The translations under genes were made by a program, and so were the position numbers. Of a stretch of DNA of 64,000 bases, positions 33,953 through 43,662 are shown one piece after another; within the stretch, counting starts at the first letter, position 1; every line of letters starts with the position of its first letter. Source of the stretch: an uncultured Lachnospiraceae bacterium (GTDB lineage: Bacteria; Bacillota; Clostridia; Lachnospirales; Lachnospiraceae); assembly GCA_910585255.1 (NCBI GenBank), contig CAJUEI010000003.1, forward strand, positions 2,782-66,781, read 5' to 3'. The notes under the pieces are model-generated. The model saw only the letters and a program-made list of their open reading frames with translations. It was not told the origin of the DNA and searched no databases.

Positions 33953-35161
33953 ATGTCTATGGTAGTACAACACAATCTTACAGCGATGAACGCTAACAGA
34001 CAGTTGGGTGTCACAACTAGTTCCCAGGCAAAAGCAACTGAAAAATTATCTTCTGGTTATAGAATCAATCGTGCAGGTGATGATGCTGCTGGATTAAAGA
34101 TTTCTGAAAAAATGAGAAGTCAGGTTAGAGGTCTTACTAAAGCATCTACAAATGCACAGGATGGAGTATCTCTTATTCAGACAGCAGAAGGTGCTTTAAA
34201 TGAAGCTCATTCTATTCTTCAGAGAATGAATGAATTAGCAGTACAGGGTGCTAATGATACAAATGAAAGCATTGACCGTGATGCAATTAATGAGGAATTG
34301 GAAGCATTGACAACGGAATTAGATAGAATTTCTTCTACAACGCAGTTTAATAAGCAAAATTTATTAGATGGTAGTTTTCAGGATAAAAATCTTCATGTTG
34401 GAGCAAATGCTAATCAGAGAATTGCAATTAGTATTGGCAATATGGACGCTACAACTTTAGGATTAAGAAAGATTACGGGTAGTGATGGAGAAGCAAAAGC
34501 TCAGGAAGGTTTAAAGCCGAATAAATATGTTTATGGTACAGTTTCTGGAACTTATGATTCAACTAGTTCTATGAATTGGAATAAGAAGGCTGCTATTTCA
34601 GCAGTTAAACAACAAGTAAGTACGGTAATTACTGCTAGCCAATATGCACCAAAGTTTGATACTTCTGTTTATTATGTAGCTAATTCTGATAGTCAGAAAT
34701 ATGCTACTCTTTCAAAGGCAATGGCGGCGGATAAATCTGCATATAAACAAACTGTTAGTAAAGATATAACAGCTAATTTTACAAATTATATTACAACTTC
34801 TGCTGTTGAGGCGAAAAGTGCAAGTCCATTAACTCCAAGTGGAGATTTTGATTTAAAGGCACCAAATGTAAGTACTTATGCAAGAGCAAATGCAACTATT
34901 TCTGCAGTTCAGGAAGCTATTAATAGGGTTTCTTCTCAAAGATCTGCTCTTGGTGCATTACAGAATAGATTAGAGCATACAATTGCTAATTTGGATAATG
35001 TTGCTGAAAATACTCAAGCAGCAGAATCGCGTATTCGTGATACAGATATGGCTTCTCAGATGGTTGAATATAGTAAGAATAATATTCTTGCTCAGGCTGG
35101 ACAGTCTATGTTGGCACAAGCAAATCAATCAAATCAGGGTGTATTATCATTACTTGGTTAG
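33953..35161 (+). CDS. fliC: Flagellin (canonical size, 402 aa)
   Basis: VQHNLTAMNANRQLG...KLSSGYRINRAGDDAAGLKISEKM at the N-terminus, LQNRLEHTIANLDN...AESRIRDTDMASQMVEYSKNNILAQAGQSMLAQANQ at the C-terminus. Strong RBS and its own sigma-28 promoter. Confidence 0.95.
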   Translation: MSMVVQHNLTAMNANRQLGVTTSSQAKATEKLSSGYRINRAGDDAAGLKISEKMRSQVRGLTKASTNAQDGVSLIQTAEGALNEAHSILQRMNELAVQGANDTNESIDRDAINEELEALTTELDRISSTTQFNKQNLLDGSFQDKNLHVGANANQRIAISIGNMDATTLGLRKITGSDGEAKAQEGLKPNKYVYGTVSGTYDSTSSMNWNKKAAISAVKQQVSTVITASQYAPKFDTSVYYVANSDSQKYATLSKAMAADKSAYKQTVSKDITANFTNYITTSAVEAKSASPLTPSGDFDLKAPNVSTYARANATISAVQEAINRVSSQRSALGALQNRLEHTIANLDNVAENTQAAESRIRDTDMASQMVEYSKNNILAQAGQSMLAQANQSNQGVLSLLG

Positions 35162-35186
35162 TAATTGAGTAAAGATGAAAAAGAAT

Positions 35187-35220
35187 AAAAGAGTTGGTGA
35201 AACCAACTCTTTTATTTTAT
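35187..35220 (+). terminator. Rho-independent terminator of the flagellin gene
   Basis: AAAAGAGTTGGT - GAA - ACCAACTCTTTT followed by ATTTTAT. Confidence 0.85.
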
Positions 35221-35238
35221 AAATATTGGAGATAGATT

Positions 35239-35574
35239 ATGTATGATAATATAAAAAAATTGGAACAACAAATAGATGATATTGCTGTTGGATATTTATT
35301 TAGACAAGAAAGAAAGAATATAGAATTAGTAAAGAAGATTGTTCCACAAATACAAGAATTTGTTTTTTGGTTTTTAAATGGGAATAGATATGGGATAGAA
35401 GAAAAATTATACAAAGATTTGAGTAATAATTTGATTTATATTTTAGAGGATATATTGGAAGCTTTAGAACAGGGAGATAGAGTACTTTTGCATGATGCTT
35501 TAACATATGGATTGAAAGAATATTTATTATTATTTTTACAAAAGAAGGAGGATAACATAAATGAATATATATGA
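35239..35574 (+). CDS. Hypothetical 111-aa helical protein, translationally coupled to the Maf-like gene
   Basis: The ORF overlaps the next gene by 14 nt. I recognised no family. Confidence 0.4.
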   Translation: MYDNIKKLEQQIDDIAVGYLFRQERKNIELVKKIVPQIQEFVFWFLNGNRYGIEEKLYKDLSNNLIYILEDILEALEQGDRVLLHDALTYGLKEYLLLFLQKKEDNINEYI

Positions 35575-37420
35575 AAAGAATCTTAAAACATTAACTAAAT
35601 ATTATCCTCGAATAGATGAATTAATTGAAGATGCAAAGATAAATTTAAAACCGGAATTAGAGGTAATAGAAGATTATGCGGATAATAAAGAGATAATTTT
35701 AAAAGTTAAAAAAGATGGGAAAACTTTTTATTTGAATGGAAAACGAAATACACAAGAACCTGCACAGATATGGGTAGATAGTTTAGGAGAATTACAAAGC
35801 AATGCTCCAATATTTATGATGGGGATTGGAAATCCAACTTATTTACAAAGATTAGTAAATCAAGTAGAAAAAAAAATAGTAATTGTTATATATGAGCCAT
35901 CTATTCAAATATTTCTTAAATTTTTAGAGATATATGATTTAGAAAAATGGATGGATAAGCATGTGATTATATTTTGGGTAAAAGGATTAGAAGGAATGGA
36001 TGAAGAAAATATGAAGAGAATAATGGTACAACTATTAAGATACGAGATGCTGATGTATTTTAGAAGTTTAGTTTTACCCAATTATGATGTTCTATTTTCA
36101 GAAGAAGCAGTTAAATTTATGAAAATATGTAGAGATGTTGCAAAAGATCAGATAATTGAATATAACACAAATAATAAATATAATACTGTAGTAACAAAAA
36201 ATTTATTATATAATGCAAAATATTTATGTGACGGATATAAGACAACACAACTTGTAGATGTAATACCAAGAGATATTCCAGGAATAGTGGTTGCTGCAGG
36301 TCCATCTTTGAATAGGAATATTAATAATTTAAAAAAAGCAAAAGGAAAAGCATTTATTATAGCTGTGGATACTGCATTAAAACCACTTTTAAAACAAGGA
36401 ATTATGCCAGATATGTTTGTGTTAGTAGATCCTAAAAAACCATTAGATTTAGTTAGTTTAGAAGCAGTAAAAACAATTCCACTTCTTACATCAATAAGTG
36501 CATCTAGTGATATTTTACAGTTTCATACAGGAATGAAATTTTTTTACAATGAAGGATATTTATTTGCAGAAAAGATTCTTTTAAAAAGTTCATTAAAGAT
36601 TGGAAAAGTAGAGTGTGGGGGTTCAGTTGCAACAGCTGCATTTTCTTTATTATACAAAATTGGTATAAATCATATTATATTAGTTGGTCAAGATCTTGCA
36701 TATACAAATAATAAATCTCATGCAGACGGAACATTTCATGAGATTATGGAAGAAGCGGATACTAGTAATTTTATAACTGTAGAGGGAAATTTTGAGGAAA
36801 AAGTACCTACACGACCAGATTTTAAAATATATCTTGATTGGTATAATATGTATATTAAGGGCTGTAAGGAACAAGTAAAAGAATTATATGTGATTAATGC
36901 GACAGAAGGAGGTGCTAAGATTGAAAATACAGATGTAATGACCTTAGAAGATGCAATTAATCAAGAGTGTAAAAAAGAAATAAATATTCAAGAATGTTTG
37001 GAAAAACTTTCTCCTATGTTAGATGAAAAAAATAGAGAGTGGGCAAAAGAATATTTAAAAAATTTACCAAAGGATTTTTATAAATTAGTAATTAATTCTA
37101 AAAAAGCAAAAAAAATGTATCAAAAATTGGATAAGGTATGTGATAAAAAGAAAATTGATAAAAAAGAATATCAAAGTATTTTAAAAAAATTAGGAATTAT
37201 AATAAAAAATATTGAAGAACAAAGTGTATATCAGCTTATTACATTAACAATAGTTAATGCACAATGTATTTTAAAAAATGAGCAGTTTATGCAAGAAGAT
37301 ACGATACAAAAAGAAGGAAAAGAAATTGCAAGAAAAGGAATATTGTATATGGAAACTGTACAAAAATTAGCAGAATTGTTTGAAGAAATAGCAGGAGAGG
37401 CCTTTAATAATTGGAATTAA
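35561..37420 (+). CDS. Motility-accessory-factor (Maf, DUF115/MptE-like) putative flagellin glycosyltransferase
   Basis: The central IVVAAGPSLNRNI...AFIIAVDTALKPL...PDMFVLVDP...GGSVATAAFSLL...ILVGQDLAY matches the Maf/DUF115 core. Located directly after the flagellin genes. Confidence 0.75.
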   Translation: MNIYEKNLKTLTKYYPRIDELIEDAKINLKPELEVIEDYADNKEIILKVKKDGKTFYLNGKRNTQEPAQIWVDSLGELQSNAPIFMMGIGNPTYLQRLVNQVEKKIVIVIYEPSIQIFLKFLEIYDLEKWMDKHVIIFWVKGLEGMDEENMKRIMVQLLRYEMLMYFRSLVLPNYDVLFSEEAVKFMKICRDVAKDQIIEYNTNNKYNTVVTKNLLYNAKYLCDGYKTTQLVDVIPRDIPGIVVAAGPSLNRNINNLKKAKGKAFIIAVDTALKPLLKQGIMPDMFVLVDPKKPLDLVSLEAVKTIPLLTSISASSDILQFHTGMKFFYNEGYLFAEKILLKSSLKIGKVECGGSVATAAFSLLYKIGINHIILVGQDLAYTNNKSHADGTFHEIMEEADTSNFITVEGNFEEKVPTRPDFKIYLDWYNMYIKGCKEQVKELYVINATEGGAKIENTDVMTLEDAINQECKKEINIQECLEKLSPMLDEKNREWAKEYLKNLPKDFYKLVINSKKAKKMYQKLDKVCDKKKIDKKEYQSILKKLGIIIKNIEEQSVYQLITLTIVNAQCILKNEQFMQEDTIQKEGKEIARKGILYMETVQKLAELFEEIAGEAFNNWN

Positions 37421-37493
37421 AGAGTGTAATTGTATAGTATAATATTTTTCTTGTTATGTTAAAGAACATAGAATAGTTATAAAGAGGGAAAAA

Positions 37494-38702
37494 ATGAATT
37501 ATAAAGTCATATTTTTATATAATCAAGAATTACGCCAAGAAGTTGTAGATTTATGGAATTTGTTTAGAGAAGTGGAAATGCAAGTAGAAGATAAAGAACT
37601 ATTGATTAAAATAGTTGATGAATTAAAGAAAATGGAACATATGTTAGGACTTGGATTAGAAGAAAAATTTTTTGAGATATTAAAACAATGGATTCAAGAA
37701 GATGAATGGTTAGTTGCAAAAAAGAATATATTACAGTATTTAATTAATTTATTAGAATTATTAGATTCTTTTTCATGTAAAAATATAATTGACGATAAAT
37801 TTTGTGATATATATAGATATATACTAAATTTAGGAGTAGATGGATTATATGAACAAATGATACAAGAATTTAATCAGTATTGTGAGAAGGAACCAGTAAA
37901 ATCAAGATTCTTAATGAAGTCTTATAATCGAGTGTTATACTGGGGGGGTATTGATTATGATAGAGGAAATTATGAAATGCTTAGAAATCGGGCTGAATCT
38001 TTGGTAGACAATGCTAACGAATTTATATGGATGTATTTAAAATTAAGTGATTATACATCTAAGAGAATATTAAATAACATAATTATAAATTGGATTACGT
38101 TTTCACATGAAGTTTTAGATAAAATACCTCGTAATCAATATGATCAATATTTTGATTTTGATATTATAAGTGATGCTGGTAAAGTATTTGTAGATGCAGG
38201 TGCTTGTAAAGGAGATACGATAGAGTCTTTTATAAGAAATTATAGAAATTATGAAAAAATATATTCATATGAGATAACGCCAGATACGTTTCAGATATTA
38301 TTAGGTAATGTTTCAAGGTATGAAAATGTGGATTGTAGATGTAAAGGAGTATCGAATAAGTCGGGATTAATGTATGTTACTATATGTGAAGATATAGGGG
38401 GAAATCGATTAGGAGAGAATGGAGATATAGAAGTGCCAGTTGTTACATTAGACGAGGATATTGTTGAAAAAATTGATTTTATAAAAATGGATATTGAAGG
38501 GGCAGAATATAATGCATTATTAGGAGCAAAGGGGCATATTCAGAAGGAACATCCATGTCTTGCTATAGCAGCATATCATAATAATGTTGATATTTTTCGA
38601 TTAGCAAAATTAATTTATGAGATGGATGAAAATTATAAATTTTATTATCGTTATTATGGCGGTTCATTGTATCCAAATGATTATGTATTATATGCAATTT
38701 AA
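37494..38702 (+). CDS. FkbM-family SAM-dependent methyltransferase with a ~200-aa N-terminal extension
   Basis: VFVDAGACKGDT (SAM motif I) and IDFIKMDIEGAEYNAL are typical of FkbM. Confidence 0.7.
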   Translation: MNYKVIFLYNQELRQEVVDLWNLFREVEMQVEDKELLIKIVDELKKMEHMLGLGLEEKFFEILKQWIQEDEWLVAKKNILQYLINLLELLDSFSCKNIIDDKFCDIYRYILNLGVDGLYEQMIQEFNQYCEKEPVKSRFLMKSYNRVLYWGGIDYDRGNYEMLRNRAESLVDNANEFIWMYLKLSDYTSKRILNNIIINWITFSHEVLDKIPRNQYDQYFDFDIISDAGKVFVDAGACKGDTIESFIRNYRNYEKIYSYEITPDTFQILLGNVSRYENVDCRCKGVSNKSGLMYVTICEDIGGNRLGENGDIEVPVVTLDEDIVEKIDFIKMDIEGAEYNALLGAKGHIQKEHPCLAIAAYHNNVDIFRLAKLIYEMDENYKFYYRYYGGSLYPNDYVLYAI

Positions 38703-38854
38703 AGGCTTAATAATAGAAAATGAAAAATATTTTAGCGTTTAAATGTATCATTTTAAAAGATAAATAGCAATGTAAAAGACAAGGTTTTTGTAAAAAAGAA
38801 AGGAATTTAGTTATTAAATATATTAATTTTAATAATTATGGTATGAGAAAATAA

Positions 38855-39895
38855 ATGAATAGATATGATGAATTATATAATTTTAGAATTGCTTCCCGAA
38901 AGGATATTGATTCTGTTATGCTGTTTTTAAAGACAGAGTGGGGAGAAAACCATATTTTAGCAAATGATAAAGAATTTTTTATCTGGCAGTATGGAAATGA
39001 ACAATATGGAGATCATAGTACCATTAATTTTGTATTAATGGAAGATAAAAAGGGAACTCTTGTAGGGGTAAATGGTTTTATTCCATATGCCCCGGCAGGA
39101 AAAAGACGTTATGTATCAAGTGCAATTACAAAAGTGAAATCAGATATAAAGATACCAATGGCAGGGATAGAGTTAATCAAGAGATTTAAAGAATTAGTAC
39201 CGGCAGATGCTTATTATAGTTCAGGTACAAATCCAAAAACAATGATTCCTATAGGGGCAAAAGTATTTCATTATACAACCGGAATTTTACAACAGTATTA
39301 TGTATTAAATCCTACCAGAAAGGAGTTTAAAATTGCATTTTTAAAAGAAGAATTGCTAGAGAAAAAAATGCTAAAGGATATCTGGAAATTAAGAGAAATT
39401 CTATCATTTCATGAGATAAACGAACATTATGATTTACAAAAACAATATGCTTATCAGGGGTATAAATCACCAGAATATATAGAAAAGCGTTATTTTCAGC
39501 ATCCAATTTATAAATATAAAGCATTTGGTCTATATCAGGAAGATCAGATAGAGTATAGTGGAATATTAGTAGCAAGAGAAATTCAGGTAAATGACAGTAA
39601 AATATTACGATTTGTTGACTATTTAGGAGAAATTCGTAATTTATCGGGGATCGGTGTTTCTTTACAAAATTTATTGATACAATCGGGATATGAATATGCA
39701 GATTTTGTAGTAGGTTCTATAGAAGAGGAACTATTGGAAGGTTCTGGTTTTAGATTAAGAAAAGAAGAAGCAATTATTCCTATGTATTTTGATCCATTTC
39801 TTAGAGAAAATATAGAAATTTGGTATCAAAAAAGTAAAGAGGAAATTGTAATATTTAAAGCAGACGGCGATCAGGATCGACCGAATCATCGCTAG
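38855..39895 (+). CDS. Hypothetical protein, possibly a GNAT-fold acyltransferase
   Basis: The N-terminal IASRKDIDSVMLFLKTEWGENHIL...LVGVNGFIP resembles GNAT beginnings. This is a weak assignment. Confidence 0.3.
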   Translation: MNRYDELYNFRIASRKDIDSVMLFLKTEWGENHILANDKEFFIWQYGNEQYGDHSTINFVLMEDKKGTLVGVNGFIPYAPAGKRRYVSSAITKVKSDIKIPMAGIELIKRFKELVPADAYYSSGTNPKTMIPIGAKVFHYTTGILQQYYVLNPTRKEFKIAFLKEELLEKKMLKDIWKLREILSFHEINEHYDLQKQYAYQGYKSPEYIEKRYFQHPIYKYKAFGLYQEDQIEYSGILVAREIQVNDSKILRFVDYLGEIRNLSGIGVSLQNLLIQSGYEYADFVVGSIEEELLEGSGFRLRKEEAIIPMYFDPFLRENIEIWYQKSKEEIVIFKADGDQDRPNHR

Positions 39896-39934
39896 TATCT
39901 TTTAATAGTCAAATGAAGATGTAGGAGATAAAAT

Positions 39935-41359
39935 ATGGCATTTTATAATGAATTAAGTAAGTATGGTGATAGAGCAGCATTGATAGGAGAAGAGGGAACG
40001 ACAATTACTTATCAGGAATTGGAAAATTTGTCAAATGATTTTGGGAAAATAATACCAGAAAGAGAATTGGTATTTGTTCTTTGTAGGAATATACCAGGGT
40101 CAGTGGGTGGTTATTTATCATTTTTGGCTAAAGATATTGTTCCTCTTTTATTAAGTGCAGAAATTAATAAAGATCTTTTAGAGAATTTACTTTCTATTTA
40201 TCAGCCCTCTTATTTATATGTACCAGAACAAATGAGTCAGGAATTTGATAAGTCAGAGTTGTTATATAAGAAATATGGATATTGTTTATTATGTATAGAT
40301 AGTAGAGAAGAGGTAAAATTATATCCTGATTTGGCATTGCTTCTTACTACTTCTGGCTCTACTGGGAGTCCTAAATTAGTACGTCAAAGTTATACGAATA
40401 TTCAAGCGAATGCAGAATCAATTGCTTCTTATCTTCATTTAGATGAAAGAGAACGTCCAATTACAACATTACCTATGAATTATACGTATGGGCTTTCTAT
40501 TATTAATAGTCATATTTTGGTAGGAGCAACGATTTTAATGACAGAACAGACTTTAGTAAATCGGAATTTCTGGAATTTCTTTCGTGAACAGGAAGCAACT
40601 TCATTTGGCGGAGTCCCTTATACTTATGAAATTTTAAAGAAGTTAAAATTTTTCCATATGGAACTTCCAAGTTTAAGAACATTTACACAGGCGGGAGGGA
40701 AATTACCTCCTTCTTTGCATCAGGAATTTGCGGAGTATGCAGAGGAAACAAATAAAAATTTTGTTGTAATGTATGGACAAACAGAAGCAACGGCAAGAAT
40801 GGGATATTTACCTCCAGAGTATGCATTAGAGAAAAAAGGTAGTATGGGGATTGCTATACCAGGTGGAACGCTTTGGTTAAAAGATATAGAAGGAAATGAA
40901 ATTACAGAAGCAGATAAAGTGGGAGAATTGGTATATGAGGGAAAAAATGTAACATTGGGATATGCAGAGTGTAGGGAAGATCTGCAAAAAGGGGATGAGC
41001 GTAATGGAATATTGGAAACAGGAGATATGGCAAAGCGTGATAAAGATGGATTTTTTTATATTGTGGGAAGAAAGAAACGTTTTTTAAAGATTTATGGGAA
41101 TCGTGTAAATTTAGATGAGACAGAGCGAATGATTCAGGCAGAATATTTGGACATGGATTGTGCCTGTGCAGGTATGGATGATAAATTATATGTATTTATT
41201 ACGAATCAATCAGAGGAAAGAAGAGAAGAAGTGCAGCATTTTCTTTCTAATAAGACAGGATTAAATCCAATTGCTTTTTATGTAAAGTCCATATCAGAAA
41301 TTCCAAAAAGCGATGCAGGAAAGACATTATATATAAAGTTGGAGGAGTATTATGATTGA
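39935..41359 (+). CDS. AMP-forming adenylating enzyme (acyl/aminoacyl-carrier-protein or CoA ligase, ANL superfamily)
   Basis: LLTTSGSTGSPKLV (A3), YGQTEA (A5), TGDMAKRDKDGFFYIVGRKKRFLKIYGNRV (A8) core motifs. Confidence 0.85.
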   Translation: MAFYNELSKYGDRAALIGEEGTTITYQELENLSNDFGKIIPERELVFVLCRNIPGSVGGYLSFLAKDIVPLLLSAEINKDLLENLLSIYQPSYLYVPEQMSQEFDKSELLYKKYGYCLLCIDSREEVKLYPDLALLLTTSGSTGSPKLVRQSYTNIQANAESIASYLHLDERERPITTLPMNYTYGLSIINSHILVGATILMTEQTLVNRNFWNFFREQEATSFGGVPYTYEILKKLKFFHMELPSLRTFTQAGGKLPPSLHQEFAEYAEETNKNFVVMYGQTEATARMGYLPPEYALEKKGSMGIAIPGGTLWLKDIEGNEITEADKVGELVYEGKNVTLGYAECREDLQKGDERNGILETGDMAKRDKDGFFYIVGRKKRFLKIYGNRVNLDETERMIQAEYLDMDCACAGMDDKLYVFITNQSEERREEVQHFLSNKTGLNPIAFYVKSISEIPKSDAGKTLYIKLEEYYD

Positions 41360-42431
41360 TTATAAAGAGATCTTAATGATTCCGCCTTATAAATTGGAAA
41401 AAAAAGAGAAACAAGAACAGATGAACCAGCGTATGGTAGAATTAGTTATGCATCATTATCATTCTTGTCCTGCATATAAGAATATTTTGGATGTACTGGG
41501 ATATCGGATAGAAGAAAAATTTGATTATAAACAAATGCCATATTTACCAGTACGTTTATTTAAAGATTTGGAATTAAAAAGTATTTCTTCAGAACAGATA
41601 TTTAAAACAATGACTTCTTCCGGTACAACGGGTCAAGCTGTATCAAAAATATATTTGGATAAAGAAACGGCTTCTAATCAACAAAAGACATTGGTTAAAA
41701 TTGTATCTAGCTTTTTGGGTAGAAATCGTGTGCCAATGTTAATAATGGACTGTCCTTCTGTAATAAAAGATAGAAATAAATTTTCTGCAAGAGGAGCAGG
41801 AATTCTAGGTTTTTCTATTTTCGCATCAGATAGATGGTATGCTTTTACAGACGATATGGAATTAGATTATAGTGGAATAGAAGCATTTTTAGAAAAACAT
41901 AGAGGAGAGAAAATTTTATTATTTGGTTTTACCTTTATGATTTGGCAGTTTTTTTATAAAAGATTGCTAGAAGATAAAAAGAAATTAGATTTGTCTAATG
42001 CAGTTATGATTCATGGAGGTGGATGGAAAAAGTTAATTGCAGAGTCGGTTTCAGCATCTGAATATAAGGAACAATTGCAGAGTGTATGTGGGATTTCTTC
42101 TATTCATGACTACTATGGAATGGTAGAACAGACAGGATGTATTTATATGGAGTGTGAATATGGACATTTACATGCCAGTGTTTTTTCAGATGTAATAACA
42201 AGAAGGGCAAAAGATTTTTCTATTTGTGAATATGGAGAGAAAGGAATTCTTCAGGTAATTTCGATGATACCAGAGTCTTATCCAGGTCATTCTTTATTAA
42301 CAGAAGATGAAGGGATTATTTTAGGAGAAGATGATTGTCCTTGCGGCAGAAAAGGAAAGTATTTTAAGGTAGTAGGAAGAATTAAAAATGCAGAAGTTAG
42401 GGGGTGCAGCGATACATATGAAAAGAGGTGA
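41352..42431 (+). CDS. LuxE-like acyl-protein synthetase
   Basis: MTSSGTTGQ adenylation loop, ~360 aa, immediately upstream of a LuxC-like gene. Overlaps the upstream gene by 8 nt. Confidence 0.65.
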   Translation: MIDYKEILMIPPYKLEKKEKQEQMNQRMVELVMHHYHSCPAYKNILDVLGYRIEEKFDYKQMPYLPVRLFKDLELKSISSEQIFKTMTSSGTTGQAVSKIYLDKETASNQQKTLVKIVSSFLGRNRVPMLIMDCPSVIKDRNKFSARGAGILGFSIFASDRWYAFTDDMELDYSGIEAFLEKHRGEKILLFGFTFMIWQFFYKRLLEDKKKLDLSNAVMIHGGGWKKLIAESVSASEYKEQLQSVCGISSIHDYYGMVEQTGCIYMECEYGHLHASVFSDVITRRAKDFSICEYGEKGILQVISMIPESYPGHSLLTEDEGIILGEDDCPCGRKGKYFKVVGRIKNAEVRGCSDTYEKR

Positions 42432-43602
42432 AGCAGAGTATCTATTTGGAGAAAAGGAGATTCAAGTAATTCCTATGATTCCATTTGAAGATCAGGTATG
42501 TGAATTTTTAGATCGATTATCAAAAGCGTTAAGAGAAGATTTAGAAGCAAAACAATACCCGGATATTATGACATTTGCATTTTGGATTAGAAAAGCAAAT
42601 ATTTTGAAATTAAAAACACTTTATCAAAAAAAAGAAGTACGAGTAGGAAAAGGGCTGATCTTTCATATCGCACCTTCTAATGTGCCGATTAATTTTGCTT
42701 ATACTTTTGTATTTGGTCTACTTTCAGGAAATTCTAATATTGTGAAAGTTTCTTCTAAAAGATTTATACAGACGGATCTAATCTGTAAAATAATGAATCA
42801 GCTTATTTTAGAGGGATTTGATTGGGTAGCTAAGAGAAATGCAATTGTTTTATATAGACAAGAGGAAGTAGAATTAACCAGAGAATTTTCTTATGCATGC
42901 GATGGAAGGGTGATTTGGGGTGGAGATCAGACGATAGCGGAGATAAGAAAAGCACCTTTACAGCCTCGTAGTGTAGAGATAACATTTGCTGATAGATATT
43001 CTTTTGGAATTATCTCAGCAAAGGCGATTTTAGATGCATCCGATAAAGAAAGAGTTATTTTAGCAAAGAATTTTTATAATGATACTTATTTAATGGATCA
43101 AAATGCATGTTCTACGCCGCATCTTATCTGTTGGATGGGAACAGAGGAAGAGGTAGAGGTAGCGAAGGAGTTGTTTTGGAAAGAAGTGTATCAGAAATCG
43201 AAGAGTTATCCATTAGAGGAAATAAAAGCAAGTGAAAAATATACAATATTTTGTGAGATGGCTGCTAATGGAGTATTATCTTCTTGGAAACGATATGATA
43301 ATTTTCTTTATGTTGGTCAATTATTGGAATTGCCAAAGGATATTTGCAGATTACGTGGAAAGTTTGGTTTATTTTATGAATATCATTTAAAAGATTGGAA
43401 AGAATTGTCTGGACATTTAGGAAAGAAAGTACAAACTTGTGCCATATATGGAATTGAGTCATCTGAAGTATCGGAGTGGATTGTAGAAAGTCATAGTATG
43501 GGAGTGGATCGGATTGTTCCATTTGGAAAAACATTGGATATGGGATTAATTTGGGATGGATATGATATAATTTATACATTTTCTCGTTGTATTGTATTAT
43601 AA
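42418..43602 (+). CDS. LuxC-like acyl-CoA/acyl-protein reductase (aldehyde-forming)
   Basis: IFHIAPSNVPINFAYTFVFGLLSGNSNIVKVSSK and NDTYLMDQNACSTPH resemble the LuxC family. I chose the ATG at 42418 behind AGGGGG. Confidence 0.65.
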   Translation: MKRGEAEYLFGEKEIQVIPMIPFEDQVCEFLDRLSKALREDLEAKQYPDIMTFAFWIRKANILKLKTLYQKKEVRVGKGLIFHIAPSNVPINFAYTFVFGLLSGNSNIVKVSSKRFIQTDLICKIMNQLILEGFDWVAKRNAIVLYRQEEVELTREFSYACDGRVIWGGDQTIAEIRKAPLQPRSVEITFADRYSFGIISAKAILDASDKERVILAKNFYNDTYLMDQNACSTPHLICWMGTEEEVEVAKELFWKEVYQKSKSYPLEEIKASEKYTIFCEMAANGVLSSWKRYDNFLYVGQLLELPKDICRLRGKFGLFYEYHLKDWKELSGHLGKKVQTCAIYGIESSEVSEWIVESHSMGVDRIVPFGKTLDMGLIWDGYDIIYTFSRCIVL

Positions 43603-43662
43603 AGACATTTATATAGTTAAAATATAATAGTATTAAAAATAAGAAGAAATTGGAGTAACAGT

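Noticed and set aside
33850-33996. About 48-codon upstream ORF (MKRAIIKRTLRLLKK...) in the flagellin leader
   Set aside because: It has no Shine-Dalgarno sequence, runs out of frame into the flagellin coding region, and lies in a leader better explained by regulatory RNA structure.
30703-35161. Apparent difference between the two flagellins at the TLR5-contact motif (QRIRELSVQ versus QRMNELAVQ)
   Set aside because: Counting against Salmonella FliC, the key Arg (the R of the QR dipeptide) is present in both proteins. The differing residue is two positions later. I cannot support a claim about stimulatory versus silent flagellin from sequence alone.
34983-35168. 61-aa ORF overlapping the 3' end of the flagellin gene in another frame, plus similar ORFs at 35217-35414 (-) and 35300-35506 (-)
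   Set aside because: They overlap a highly supported gene or its terminator and have no RBS. The minus-strand ones are antisense to the small Maf-coupled ORF in very AT-rich sequence.
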